Source: an uncultured virus (IMG/VR IMGVR_UViG_3300025769_000084) (taxonomy: Duplodnaviria > Heunggongvirae > Uroviricota > Caudoviricetes). From it: a stretch of 20,000 bases of DNA. Below are positions 1-8,548 of the stretch, piece after piece. The stretch lies in the IMG/VR virus record IMGVR_UViG_3300025769_000084; one strand, written 5' to 3'. The notes beneath the pieces were generated by a model that was given only the letters and a program-made list of their open reading frames with translations, did not search any database and was not told the DNA's origin. A program made the translations under genes and the position numbers. The stretch's first letter is position 1. Each line of letters begins with the position of its first letter.

Positions 1-71
1 TTACCTTCTTTATCTTCCTTCTTTTTTTTGAAGTGAGCAAGGAGCTCAGGTGGCATTTTGTGTTTTGACAT
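1..71 (-). CDS. Small Lys/Glu-rich phage protein, N-terminal part only (runs off the window)
   Basis: ATG at 71, 10 nt after the stop of 82..291; reads MSKHKMPPELLAHFKKKKEDKEG with no stop before the edge. Confidence 0.6.
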   Translation of the reverse strand, partial: MSKHKMPPELLAHFKKKKEDKEG

Positions 72-81
72 AATTAAAATC

Positions 82-291
82 TCACTGACCGCTTGCTTTT
101 GTTAGATATTTTGAACGCGGTTGTTTTGTGATGGCGCCAGTGCCGTAACCTCCGCTTTTTTGTTGGTCGAGACCTGAGACAGGTTCTTCATTGAAGACAC
201 TGCCTGCCATACGCTCCAGTGAGCCGGGAGCGTCCCCCATGGCTTCATGTGGCATTGGCAGCCCGCCCATTTCTTCTCTTGCTTGTCCCAT
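82..291 (-). CDS. Hypothetical small late protein (69 aa), contains RMAG
   Basis: TAATG stop/start coupling with 291..527; fills the operon. Confidence 0.7.
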   Translation of the reverse strand: MGQAREEMGGLPMPHEAMGDAPGSLERMAGSVFNEEPVSGLDQQKSGGYGTGAITKQPRSKYLTKASGQ

Positions 292-527
292 TACCTTGTT
301 ATGAGATTTAGGTTCGGAGGATCGACACGTAAGCCTTGGCGAAGTATTGATCCTGTTGCGTAAGGAACAGGTTGTTCACCTGGCTCTAATAAGTTTAGCG
401 GCAACACATCTCCTGCCATTCTTGGTCGCTGTACTGTTCCAAACATGCTCGGACCTTGCGGTTCCGATGGCGTGTCATCTCGACGCAATCCAAGCGTGTA
501 ACCTGCTCTAGTTGTGGGTTTTACCAT
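291..527 (-). CDS. Hypothetical small late protein (78 aa), contains PRMAG
   Basis: Tightly packed, 7-nt overlap with 521..805. Confidence 0.7.
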   Translation of the reverse strand: MVKPTTRAGYTLGLRRDDTPSEPQGPSMFGTVQRPRMAGDVLPLNLLEPGEQPVPYATGSILRQGLRVDPPNLNLITR

Positions 528-805
528 GTTGCCTGAACCGGTTTTTTGTTAACAACCACACCAGGTATTGAGTCAGCATACGAGCGGGTAACCTCTCTCA
601 TGTATGCAGGATTATTGAGCTGATAGCGCGGATCGTTCTCGCCTGTATATGAAACGACTAAATCACATGGCGTGTGTTTTTCTGAGCGTTTCATGTTGAA
701 CGGATCACTGAACCCTGCTGTCAGAAGCTGATAATCGTTGTACATATTCCTGTAGGTAACAGGAAACGATTGGCTATATCCAGGTATCGCCGCAAATCGC
801 ATCAT
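521..805 (-). CDS. Hypothetical protein (94 aa)
   Basis: ATGA overlap with the lysozyme stop; globular-looking composition. Confidence 0.75.
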   Translation of the reverse strand: MMRFAAIPGYSQSFPVTYRNMYNDYQLLTAGFSDPFNMKRSEKHTPCDLVVSYTGENDPRYQLNNPAYMREVTRSYADSIPGVVVNKKPVQATW

Positions 806-1389
806 TCCATTAACTTAGGAGCCTTGAAAGCACTTTGCAGTAATCCCAACACATCCATAGATTTAGGAGCAGCTGGTGGTGCAAGAGCACGGGTAGCTCC
901 TAAACCACCACCGATATAGCTTTTTAAAAACTCCGCATTATTTTTTACGGTTGGTTTATCAGTAGGTTTGACATCCACCGGAGGAGGTGCAGTCGGCTGT
1001 GGCAGAGAAGAGGTAGCTCCTGCCGCTTTCTGAGCCTCTGGCAAATATTGTTTATAAATTGGTTTTTCGCCCCGAGCGACGGACCAAGCCCCTAGTCCCT
1101 GCGAATCGAAAATTGCTTTTGCTGCGCGTACATTTGTCCTTGGGTCATACAATTCCTCATTTGCTTTTAGACCAAATTGCCGGCGCCGCTCTTCGCCCAT
1201 TTTACCAAGCATGTTGATCTGAAAAAGCCCGAGAGAATAGTCTCCTGTGCTTGCGTCGGGATTTAAAGCACGCGGGTTCAAACCAGATTCGGCTTGACTG
1301 ATCGCGATAAAAGTAGGAATTAAATCCTCTTCAAACCCCTCCTGTCTAAGAAGCCCGGCAAGCTGAGCTCGAGTTATCTGTTTAGCCAT
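802..1389 (-). CDS. Lytic transglycosylase (SLT)/lysozyme-like protein with Pro-rich C-terminal tail
   Basis: Catalytic motif AISQAESGLNPRA, GLFQIN, L-x-D-P-x-x-N and WS motifs typical of the SLT fold; ATG at 1389 directly follows the upstream stop at 1391. Confidence 0.85.
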   Translation of the reverse strand: MAKQITRAQLAGLLRQEGFEEDLIPTFIAISQAESGLNPRALNPDASTGDYSLGLFQINMLGKMGEERRRQFGLKANEELYDPRTNVRAAKAIFDSQGLGAWSVARGEKPIYKQYLPEAQKAAGATSSLPQPTAPPPVDVKPTDKPTVKNNAEFLKSYIGGGLGATRALAPPAAPKSMDVLGLLQSAFKAPKLME

Positions 1390-1390
1390 A

Positions 1391-1870
1391 TTATCGGTGG
1401 TTGGTTTCGAGAAGGAGGCGGGTGCCGACAGCAACATCAGCAGGACCAGGAAGAGCCTGGATAAATTCCGCACCTTCCCTGTTGAACCTGTAACGAGCTT
1501 GCTCAGGATTTCTATAATTAGGTACATATAAGTGCAACGCCAAACGATCAGTCTCGTACATATAAATCTGCGTCCACGTTTTCAATGTCTCCTTGAAATC
1601 CGTGGTTGCAATAGTACGATCAACGTCACCGGCGATTGACTCAACACGTCCCCGTGGAACGGTTGAGTTATTCATAGTGCCGGTCATATCGGTGCGCTTT
1701 TCAGCCTCGTCGCACCGCTCAACCTGTTCGACAATCTTGGAGTACCAAAACGAATCTGGTACGTTATCTAATGCCTCTTCTAATCGTGCCAAATCGCCAG
1801 CAGGAATCGACGTAGTGTTGTACCCCAAATGCCAGCGTACTTTTGACTTTAAGAAAGTATCAAGCTTCAT
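1391..1870 (-). CDS. Putative head-tail adaptor/head completion protein (159 aa)
   Basis: Helical protein downstream of capsid genes with N-terminal KVRWHLG reminiscent of adaptor proteins; call mostly positional. Confidence 0.45.
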   Translation of the reverse strand: MKLDTFLKSKVRWHLGYNTTSIPAGDLARLEEALDNVPDSFWYSKIVEQVERCDEAEKRTDMTGTMNNSTVPRGRVESIAGDVDRTIATTDFKETLKTWTQIYMYETDRLALHLYVPNYRNPEQARYRFNREGAEFIQALPGPADVAVGTRLLLETNHR

Positions 1871-1938
1871 TAATGCTCACCTTCGCATTAGCGTGCAAAG
1901 ACTATATGCACCAATAACAGATTAACACGCGCCAATAA

Positions 1939-2379
1939 TCACTCAACGCGGACAAGATTCTCTTTGAAAATCTCTTCCCAATCAACACGCTTCACGCCTT
2001 TCAATTGCTCAAGACGTGAGAAACGCTCACCAGGCAGGGTGAGTTGCAAGTCCTTAATATCGCGTGCAGTCTTTAGACCAACTCCCGGAAGGGCGTCTGC
2101 AATTTGACGTGCTGAGGCGAGGTTAATATTTACTCTAGTGTCAATAGGAAAGGTTTCTTTCTTCGAGGGCTTGGCCGGCTTTACACCCTCCGAAGCCAAA
2201 GATTCTGTCAGGCGCGTTTCATTGCGCTCTTGCTCCATGGTCGCATCGAGGTGCGGAGTAAGATCGCTTTCGTCGATGTAAATAACTTCTTCATTTGCAT
2301 CTAGACACATAAGGATGCCTTCTCCATGCTGAGAGACGACCTCAACTAATCCTCCTGTGATACGGTTTTGATAGAGCAT
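1939..2379 (-). CDS. Helix-hairpin-helix (ComEA-like) DNA-binding protein
   Basis: C-terminal VNINLAS...LPGVGLKTARDI...F..LEQLKGV matches the ComEA/HhH_3 pattern. Confidence 0.8.
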   Translation of the reverse strand: MLYQNRITGGLVEVVSQHGEGILMCLDANEEVIYIDESDLTPHLDATMEQERNETRLTESLASEGVKPAKPSKKETFPIDTRVNINLASARQIADALPGVGLKTARDIKDLQLTLPGERFSRLEQLKGVKRVDWEEIFKENLVRVE

Positions 2380-2431
2380 GACTACCTTTAATTACTGATA
2401 TAGCCTACCAAAGTAAATACTTACAAGCAAT

Positions 2432-2456
2432 AAAAAAGCGGGTCGTAGTGACCCGC
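2432..2456 (-). terminator. Rho-independent terminator after the capsid operon
   Basis: GCGGGTC-5 nt-GACCCGC stem followed by T6 on the minus strand, 23 nt after the stop at 2480. Confidence 0.85.
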
Positions 2457-2479
2457 CGTATGAAAGAGGTAACGAAAAA

Positions 2480-3307
2480 TCAGCTGTCGGTGCCACCCAC
2501 TTGGGAAGCAAAGTCCAGCATACCAACAATGTCGTTGAAGGTAGCTGCAGCTGCGGGACGCAGGTAGTTAACACGAGCGATGACGTAAGCAGCTTTGCCA
2601 GCATCAGCGTCGGCGTCGGAGATGAACACACCGTCACCGTTAGCAGCACCGGTGTTTGCCACAGCGTTCATGTTGAAGACCTTGAACGTCAAATCAGACG
2701 TGGCCTCAAACATCATTGCATCAGCAAAGTCAGCACCAGTGTAGGTAGAACCTGAGTTGGTGATGGAGGTCAGGAAAGGAGCATGACCAGCAGAAACGTC
2801 ACTGGTGCCCTGAGCGATGCCGGAAGCACCGATGGTCAGGCTTGCACCGGCGGCACGAAGGCCGTTCGTGACAGTAGAAGCAGGCAGGCCAGGAGCGCCG
2901 GAGTTGTCGCCACCTAAGCAAAGTACCTCGGTGTTGGTGCCTTGGATGTCAGCGGTCAGCGGAGAAGCGGGGTAAGAGGGCTCACCAGCGCTAGGGCTGT
3001 CTTGACCAATGGCGAGAGAAACGCCATAGATGTAGGCAGGACGTGCAGTACTAGCCTGAACAACCATGGAAGTACGATCATCGCGCACGCGATCATCAGG
3101 ACGACGATCAGGAGAGGGGACGATCAGATCCAGGGTTTTGAAGTCGGCTTTAGTGCCGGACTTATTGGTAATTTTGGCATAACCAATAAGCTCGTAAGCC
3201 TCGATGCCAGGCCAACCATAAACACCTTCAGTGTTGTAGGAGGACAGGCGGTTAATTTGATTTCCAGGGTGCAGGATAGCGCCCTTTTCAGCAGTGTAAG
3301 ATGCCAT
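2480..3307 (-). CDS. Capsid-associated structural protein (decoration/minor capsid-like, 275 aa)
   Basis: Directly after the MCP with strong SD GGAGGT (3316-3321); Ala/Gly/Thr/Ser-rich and beta-prone; shares the terminator. Confidence 0.6.
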   Translation of the reverse strand: MASYTAEKGAILHPGNQINRLSSYNTEGVYGWPGIEAYELIGYAKITNKSGTKADFKTLDLIVPSPDRRPDDRVRDDRTSMVVQASTARPAYIYGVSLAIGQDSPSAGEPSYPASPLTADIQGTNTEVLCLGGDNSGAPGLPASTVTNGLRAAGASLTIGASGIAQGTSDVSAGHAPFLTSITNSGSTYTGADFADAMMFEATSDLTFKVFNMNAVANTGAANGDGVFISDADADAGKAAYVIARVNYLRPAAAATFNDIVGMLDFASQVGGTDS

Positions 3308-3321
3308 TTAGTTATACCTCC

Positions 3322-4470
3322 TCAAGGATCGACGATAGTGAAGGCAGTAGTCACGAAGTCCTTATTCAGGTTCGCGAAACCTGCGTACAGCTGCCAAATG
3401 AGGATGATGAAGCGGCTGAAGTCGTCGTTGTTGTTGATGAGAACTTGAGCGTTCGGGCCACCAATACCAACACCAACTGCCTGAGGACCGAAGAACAGTC
3501 CGGGGGGAGTTGAACGATCAGTCACAGCGCCAGAACCGTCGCCGTAGTTGACAGTTGCGGTCTTGCTGGGCATGTTGGTGGTCTCGAAGAAGCGAACACC
3601 TTCAAACACAAAGCCGGAAGGCATCACAGGTTCGCCAGCCACGAATTGAGCTTGGCCGTACTGACCGCCTTGGTACACAGCGGCGTTGGGGGAAGCCATA
3701 CCCATCAGAGGGTTGGGTGCGCCCATACCGGGGTAACGAGCAACCTCGCGGAAGCCTTGATCAGCACGCAGATCCTTCATGAAGGAGGGATCAGCAATAC
3801 AGCGATAGTAGCCGTCCTGGAACACAGGAACGTTACGCTTACGCAGGCTCTTGACAACCTCGAGAAGGTCGGTCTTAACGTTGAACTTATAGCGCTCAGC
3901 AGCGAATTCAGCAGCGGTATAGGTATCAACGGTGACACCAGTTTTGCTCTTACCGTTGGGGTAGTAGTAACCACCTTGGGTATCGCTTGACTGACCACGG
4001 GACTCAGACTTGAAGAGTTCGTCCAGGAACACCCGATCGCGCCAACGACGATAGTCGTCGAGCAGAGTCAGCGAACCGATGGACTGGTGGAACATGTTGA
4101 GGTTCCCGGTGTCCAGCAGAAGACGCTGAGCGGTCATCAGGGTCTCGCGAGCAATCTTGAAGGTGCTCGGGAGGTTGGTGTTGTTCGGATCGGCAGGGCC
4201 GGTGTACTCACGCAGAGACACAAGCACCTTGTCCTTCACGATAGAACGGCTGTTGGCAGTTCCGATCGTCTGGTCTTGGGTACGCTCGCGGCTGGTCTTG
4301 GTGCCGGGGTTACCGAAGAAGCGGTAACGATCCAGCTGCACGGTTTGACCAGGCTGCTTGGTGAAGTCGTGGACTACGACGGGCTCGCAAGCCATCTCCA
4401 CGACATAAGCCGGGTGGGGGCGGTACAGTTCCGCACCCAACAGCTTGGGAAAGTCGTTATCGATGAACAT
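3322..4470 (-). CDS. Major capsid protein (HK97 fold, N4-gp56-like)
   Basis: 382 aa downstream of portal/scaffold; K-x-PGQTV, 'LRKRNVP...G.Y', 'GFVFEGVRFFETTN' and 'FFGPQAVG' segments typical of this MCP class. Confidence 0.85.
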   Translation of the reverse strand: MFIDNDFPKLLGAELYRPHPAYVVEMACEPVVVHDFTKQPGQTVQLDRYRFFGNPGTKTSRERTQDQTIGTANSRSIVKDKVLVSLREYTGPADPNNTNLPSTFKIARETLMTAQRLLLDTGNLNMFHQSIGSLTLLDDYRRWRDRVFLDELFKSESRGQSSDTQGGYYYPNGKSKTGVTVDTYTAAEFAAERYKFNVKTDLLEVVKSLRKRNVPVFQDGYYRCIADPSFMKDLRADQGFREVARYPGMGAPNPLMGMASPNAAVYQGGQYGQAQFVAGEPVMPSGFVFEGVRFFETTNMPSKTATVNYGDGSGAVTDRSTPPGLFFGPQAVGVGIGGPNAQVLINNNDDFSRFIILIWQLYAGFANLNKDFVTTAFTIVDP

Positions 4471-4554
4471 AGTAATTTCTCAGCTAAATTTTAAGCGCTG
4501 ATACTTGAGGACAAAAATCCTCTGAATATGGAAATTTTCATTCCATTACAAAAA

Positions 4555-4563
4555 ATTATAGCA
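4555..4563 (-). promoter_or_regulatory. Extended -10 promoter (TGcTATAAT) upstream of the major capsid gene
   Basis: Minus strand reads TGCTATAAT about 85 nt upstream of the MCP ATG; no recognisable -35. Confidence 0.6.
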
Positions 4564-4599
4564 ATGCTTTATCAACCTGGATTATTGAAGGCTTCTTTT

Positions 4600-4839
4600 T
4601 TATTGGAATTTTCCTAGCTTTCGATATTCTCTACCAGAAGTTACAGCGCGTGATCCGCTTGAAGAAATGCCAGTCTTGTCTGATCGATAACTTGGCATAG
4701 CCTCGCCTGCCATTCTCGGTGGCTCTGGTTTGGGAATACCTCTAAACCCATCTTGTAAGCCCTCTACCATGCCAGGGATGCCGCCTTGCTCTGCGCCCTC
4801 GCGTCCCCTTTCAAGTGTTCCTTTAAAATTTTTGCCCAT
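4600..4839 (-). CDS. Hypothetical small protein (79 aa), contains PRMAG
   Basis: ATG ORF filling the gap in the head operon. Confidence 0.6.
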   Translation of the reverse strand: MGKNFKGTLERGREGAEQGGIPGMVEGLQDGFRGIPKPEPPRMAGEAMPSYRSDKTGISSSGSRAVTSGREYRKLGKFQ

Positions 4840-4850
4840 AGTGTTGACCT

Positions 4851-5090
4851 TTAAGGCATTAATTCACGAGCAACTGCACGGGCTTCACCCAACGGTGAAC
4901 CGTCCATCATGTTGCCAGGGCTGTACATGTTTGCAGGCACAGTACCCATACGGCTACGTGGATTATAAATAGCCGGTTGCAGTGCAGGTGCCGCTGCCTG
5001 AACCTCAGGATTAATGGGTGACGCATCAGCCATCAGCTTTGCCATCATGGCAAGTTCTACTGCTTTCTTGGCTTTGTTGTTGTCCATCAT
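4851..5090 (-). CDS. Hypothetical small Met/Pro/Ala-rich protein (79 aa)
   Basis: ATGA overlap with the upstream gene. Confidence 0.7.
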   Translation of the reverse strand: MMDNNKAKKAVELAMMAKLMADASPINPEVQAAAPALQPAIYNPRSRMGTVPANMYSPGNMMDGSPLGEARAVARELMP

Positions 5091-5521
5091 TTCTTTCCTT
5101 TTTGATTAGGCATAGGAGGATATCCCACTGGCAATTGACCAGTGACAGGCATGTTTGGCATCAGTGCGTATTGCATTTGCATGCCGATTTGGTCCTGGAT
5201 CATGTCAGCCTGGCTAACACCACGGGGAGCTAACAAGCCATTAGCTGGCAGAGGAGAACCGGGAAGATTGAGCTTGAGATAAGAGTTATCGAGATCGCGA
5301 GGCATCCGGGGCTGAGGAGCATTAGGGCTTCCAACTTGAGTTTGCATGTCCTGCATTCGAATGGAAGCGTACTCATCGACATTGCCAGACATGACCTGAC
5401 GCGAAGTGTCGCCAGCACCAAATTGAACAAGACCGGGAGCACCAATCGGACCACCAGCAGTACCGATTGCCGCCAGAAACTTATCAGCTTTTTCTCTTGC
5501 TCCTGCCTTCTTTTTTGCCAT
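5087..5521 (-). CDS. Hypothetical protein (144 aa), likely disordered head-associated protein
   Basis: ATG at 5521 (MAKKKAG) preferred over 5551, which lies within a hairpin. Confidence 0.7.
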   Translation of the reverse strand: MAKKKAGAREKADKFLAAIGTAGGPIGAPGLVQFGAGDTSRQVMSGNVDEYASIRMQDMQTQVGSPNAPQPRMPRDLDNSYLKLNLPGSPLPANGLLAPRGVSQADMIQDQIGMQMQYALMPNMPVTGQLPVGYPPMPNQKGKK

Positions 5522-5524
5522 GTT

Positions 5525-5559
5525 AAATAAAAAATATGGGGGCAGTTTCACCTACCCCC
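5525..5559 (-). terminator. Terminator-like hairpin after the scaffold gene
   Basis: Minus strand GGGGGTAG-GTGAAA-CTGCCCCC followed by ATATTTTTTATTT. Confidence 0.5.
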
Positions 5560-5587
5560 TTATTCTAGAACTGTTTATATACAGTTA

Positions 5588-6592
5588 TCACTCCATAACC
5601 AGGAGCTTGTTACGGAACACCTCAGGATTCTGAGAAGCGGTGTTCAGATAGCGCCAGGCGTTAGAGGGGTCGCGGTCGGCCAGGTTACCGAAGCTGTTCC
5701 AGAAGTCACCAGCGTTGGCTTGAGCTTGAGGCTGGGGAGGAACAGGCATTTGAGGGCGCTGAGGGGCGACCTGCTGAGGAGCAGCAGCCTGCTGCTGGAA
5801 CTGTTGACCAACGGCCTGCATTTGAGGAGCGGCGGGCTCGTCAACAACAGGGTGAGGGCCGTTCTCACCGAAGAACTCACAGGTGTAGTCGGCAAGAATG
5901 TCAGGGTCAGTCAGGATTGACTCGTAAGCCTTGTGCTCGTTGGAGAGCTCCTGGAGCAGTTCACAAGCTTGGATCAGCTGCTGGTTGGTCTGGATGAGAG
6001 CATCCTCAACATCGCAGGCATACTTGTTGACGATCGCAGCAGCATCAGGGCCGAAGTGATCAATAACCTCAAGACTTGCCTCGCTTACTCCGTTTGCCCG
6101 GAGTTGGTCCGGGGTAATTTCCAGCGAAGTTTGGGAAGAGTTGCTGGAAAATGCCGGGTTGTTGTTGATCCCAGGCGTAGAGGTCTGCGTCCCCAGGTTG
6201 TTGAACTGGGTTGTTTGTTGGGAACCGTAGCTGGCCGGGTCGATTCCCTGGGTCTGACTCGATTGTTGAGCCAGGTTGGGGAATTGGACGGGCGAACTCA
6301 GGAGTCCCACCACCCGGTTGAACGCTTCCTTGTAAGGGTTGTCCTGTTGTTGGGGCGCCTGGGGTGCTTGGGAGCTGTACTGAGTAGGGGTTGAGACCGG
6401 CGCTTGGGCTGCCATCTGGGCCGGCATTTGCGGGGCTGGGGCCGTCACCTGTTGGTAGGGTGCCACCCATTGCTGATTGGTCGAAACCACCGGAGCTTGG
6501 GCCGCCGTCTGTGCCGGTGCCGCGTAGCTGGTCGGTTGGGTCGGGGATACTTGGGGTGCCGATTGGGTCGGCATTGCGGTATCGGCCTGCAT
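5588..6592 (-). CDS. Putative capsid scaffolding protein, Gln/Pro-rich (334 aa)
   Basis: Between portal and MCP; acidic coiled-coil core with low-complexity arms; own SD GAGGT 5 nt before the ATG. Confidence 0.65.
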   Translation of the reverse strand: MQADTAMPTQSAPQVSPTQPTSYAAPAQTAAQAPVVSTNQQWVAPYQQVTAPAPQMPAQMAAQAPVSTPTQYSSQAPQAPQQQDNPYKEAFNRVVGLLSSPVQFPNLAQQSSQTQGIDPASYGSQQTTQFNNLGTQTSTPGINNNPAFSSNSSQTSLEITPDQLRANGVSEASLEVIDHFGPDAAAIVNKYACDVEDALIQTNQQLIQACELLQELSNEHKAYESILTDPDILADYTCEFFGENGPHPVVDEPAAPQMQAVGQQFQQQAAAPQQVAPQRPQMPVPPQPQAQANAGDFWNSFGNLADRDPSNAWRYLNTASQNPEVFRNKLLVME

Positions 6593-8324
6593 AAGTTACC
6601 TCTTTTTGTAGGCTTTCGAGTGTGCGATAAAGGAAGGGGGTGAGATCAAGTCTCGGATCCGCCGCCATTGGAAGATTTGGCTGTTGCGGATGTGGTGTCC
6701 GCATTTCTTGATTGATTAGATCAATAAAAGCGGAGTAAGCCCTCTGTACTTCCCCTACCACACGGAATGGGAAACCGGAGAGCATGCCCGCGATCTCGTC
6801 ATCCGTTTTAGAAGGGAATAGATACTTCAGTGCTTCAATGCTATCAACACCTAACTCTTGCAAGTTTCTGGTGAAAATAGACTGGTTGAGTTTATCCTGT
6901 GTTGTATCTTCATACACAGGTCCCAACCAACGCCAGAGGACAGTTCTGTCACCATCTGGCGCAAGACCAAGAACTCCAGGTGGAATGTCTTGCTCTTCAA
7001 TTGCTTTGTTGATTGCGGCTTCTAATTTTTTCTCATATCTAGCTTTGGCCCGATCATATTTCTCGAGTGCTTTATCATCGGGATCCTCAGGGAGCTCCGG
7101 ATATTTGATACCACTTTCATAAGCCAGTGACTTACGGAAGATCTGCTCTTCCTGGAAGATGATCAACTCAAGGCACCTGTTAATGCCGTATGTATAAAGT
7201 TGTAAGCACTTTTTCTTCGCAGTTGCGCTGACACGCCCGTATGCCGACTTGTATTCAGTCGCGGTTACGTTAGTAATACTGAGGTCATCAATACCACCCA
7301 GAGCCAAACGGATTTCATTGCGTAGTTGCTCTGCGTATCGCGCCTGATCGGTGCTGACTGCATTCGGCGTAATAAATCCAACTCGGTCAGTCGGCTCTAG
7401 GTTTGCAATGACTCTAGGAACACGCATTCCTGATCCTGGCTTACCGATATATCCAGGTGAATTACGGGTTACGTTGTCTTGCTTAAAAGTGGAACTAGAT
7501 AGGAAAAACTCTGATTCGAATCCAGATTGGCTTGAGATGCTAGGCCGTTGAGGTGTATCGCCACCATCAGCCTCAACAATGTCTTGCTTTGGCCGCGACG
7601 AAAGCAGTGTGGGATTTCCAAAGAACGACAGGTTTGCCCTGATGTTCTTGACCATCTCGTCATGGGCGACAATCTGATTTGCCAGCCATTCAAATTCACC
7701 GGAACCCTCAGTGCCGAAAGCATCAGGATTGTTCAGAACTTCCACGCATGGAATAAACTCCATGGTGTTTTTAAGAACTTTCTTCTCAGTAAAAGGAAAG
7801 TCCATTGCAGGATTGTCGAAGCTGATCTCCTGCTCGCTATGATTTTCTTCAATGGTCTCTGCTGTGATGCGGAGACGCATGTATCGTTTGTCCGTATTAA
7901 GACCTACTCCCCCAAAGCCACGTGATGACTTAACTTTGTAGGGATAGATGATGATAACTTCTTCTAGGTCACCCTCTGGAGAGTAATAAGTACGATAGGA
8001 ATCCTTATCAAACCAATAAATTCGATAAGTTTTCTGTGTGGGTCGGATATAAAAAAGGCCTTTTCCGTAAGCAAGAAATCTATCCCAGATTGAATCTAAA
8101 CGTGCGTCGAGCTTGTTGAACTTGATGACCTGTTGGATAAAGTCGTAACGCTGGGTTCCGAAGTTGTCCTGCATCGGATAGAACTCCACACCTTGGCGAA
8201 TCCCAAACATTTTCATTTGGGACAGGTGGGCGTTCACCAGCATGGTGTCCGCAGGGCCTGTACTGTCGCGTGAGACTACCGATTTAAGGATAGAGTCAAG
8301 CTGTGATTTAGCACTATCGCCCAT
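6069..8324 (-). CDS. Portal protein with long Gly/Pro-rich C-terminal extension
   Basis: Follows TerL; portal-like elements (D.L.YGKGLFYI, FIPCVEV.N...G.GEFE.L, Pro-turn W.GP near C-terminus); last ~175 codons overlap the scaffold gene. Confidence 0.8.
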   Translation of the reverse strand: MGDSAKSQLDSILKSVVSRDSTGPADTMLVNAHLSQMKMFGIRQGVEFYPMQDNFGTQRYDFIQQVIKFNKLDARLDSIWDRFLAYGKGLFYIRPTQKTYRIYWFDKDSYRTYYSPEGDLEEVIIIYPYKVKSSRGFGGVGLNTDKRYMRLRITAETIEENHSEQEISFDNPAMDFPFTEKKVLKNTMEFIPCVEVLNNPDAFGTEGSGEFEWLANQIVAHDEMVKNIRANLSFFGNPTLLSSRPKQDIVEADGGDTPQRPSISSQSGFESEFFLSSSTFKQDNVTRNSPGYIGKPGSGMRVPRVIANLEPTDRVGFITPNAVSTDQARYAEQLRNEIRLALGGIDDLSITNVTATEYKSAYGRVSATAKKKCLQLYTYGINRCLELIIFQEEQIFRKSLAYESGIKYPELPEDPDDKALEKYDRAKARYEKKLEAAINKAIEEQDIPPGVLGLAPDGDRTVLWRWLGPVYEDTTQDKLNQSIFTRNLQELGVDSIEALKYLFPSKTDDEIAGMLSGFPFRVVGEVQRAYSAFIDLINQEMRTPHPQQPNLPMAADPRLDLTPFLYRTLESLQKEVTYAGRYRNADPIGTPSIPDPTDQLRGTGTDGGPSSGGFDQSAMGGTLPTGDGPSPANAGPDGSPSAGLNPYSVQLPSTPGAPTTGQPLQGSVQPGGGTPEFARPIPQPGSTIESDPGNRPGQLRFPTNNPVQQPGDADLYAWDQQQPGIFQQLFPNFAGNYPGPTPGKRSKRGKS

Positions 8325-8338
8325 TCTGTTTAAGAGGT

Positions 8339-8521
8339 CTACTGATCAATATCGTACCCAGCTTCCAGCCTTTTGAAAATAATTGTGCCGTCTTCGACTT
8401 CCACATCAAAACGTTCGTTTGGTTGCAGAGCCATGTCGTGGCAAAGTTCATCCGGTAAAGGCAAGATGGCAGAACCATAAGCATCCTGCTCAAGTTCTAC
8501 TTCGTAGTAGCTGGGAGACAT
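8339..8521 (-). CDS. AbrB/MazE/SpoVT-fold small DNA-binding protein
   Basis: 60 aa with G...LPLP.EL...MAL...E.FDVEVEDG.IIFKR swapped-hairpin pattern. Confidence 0.7.
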   Translation of the reverse strand: MSPSYYEVELEQDAYGSAILPLPDELCHDMALQPNERFDVEVEDGTIIFKRLEAGYDIDQ

Positions 8522-8548
8522 CGCGTGGAATATCTATAGTTTAAATCG

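Noticed and set aside
1939..2150. PsbU-like auxiliary photosynthesis gene
   Set aside because: Lacks the PGxYP motif and signal peptide; LPGVG fits a generic ComEA-type HhH
3305..3324. Stop-codon readthrough fusing MCP to the downstream protein
   Set aside because: Downstream ATG is out of frame with the MCP, no slippery site is evident, and it has its own strong SD
2501..4494. Several long plus-strand ORFs antisense to the capsid genes
   Set aside because: Shadow ORFs from strong codon bias of highly expressed genes; no RBS or protein-like signal
5569..5586. Inverted repeat AACTGT-N6-ACAGTT after the scaffold stop
   Set aside because: Short, AT-rich and single-copy; insufficient to call an operator
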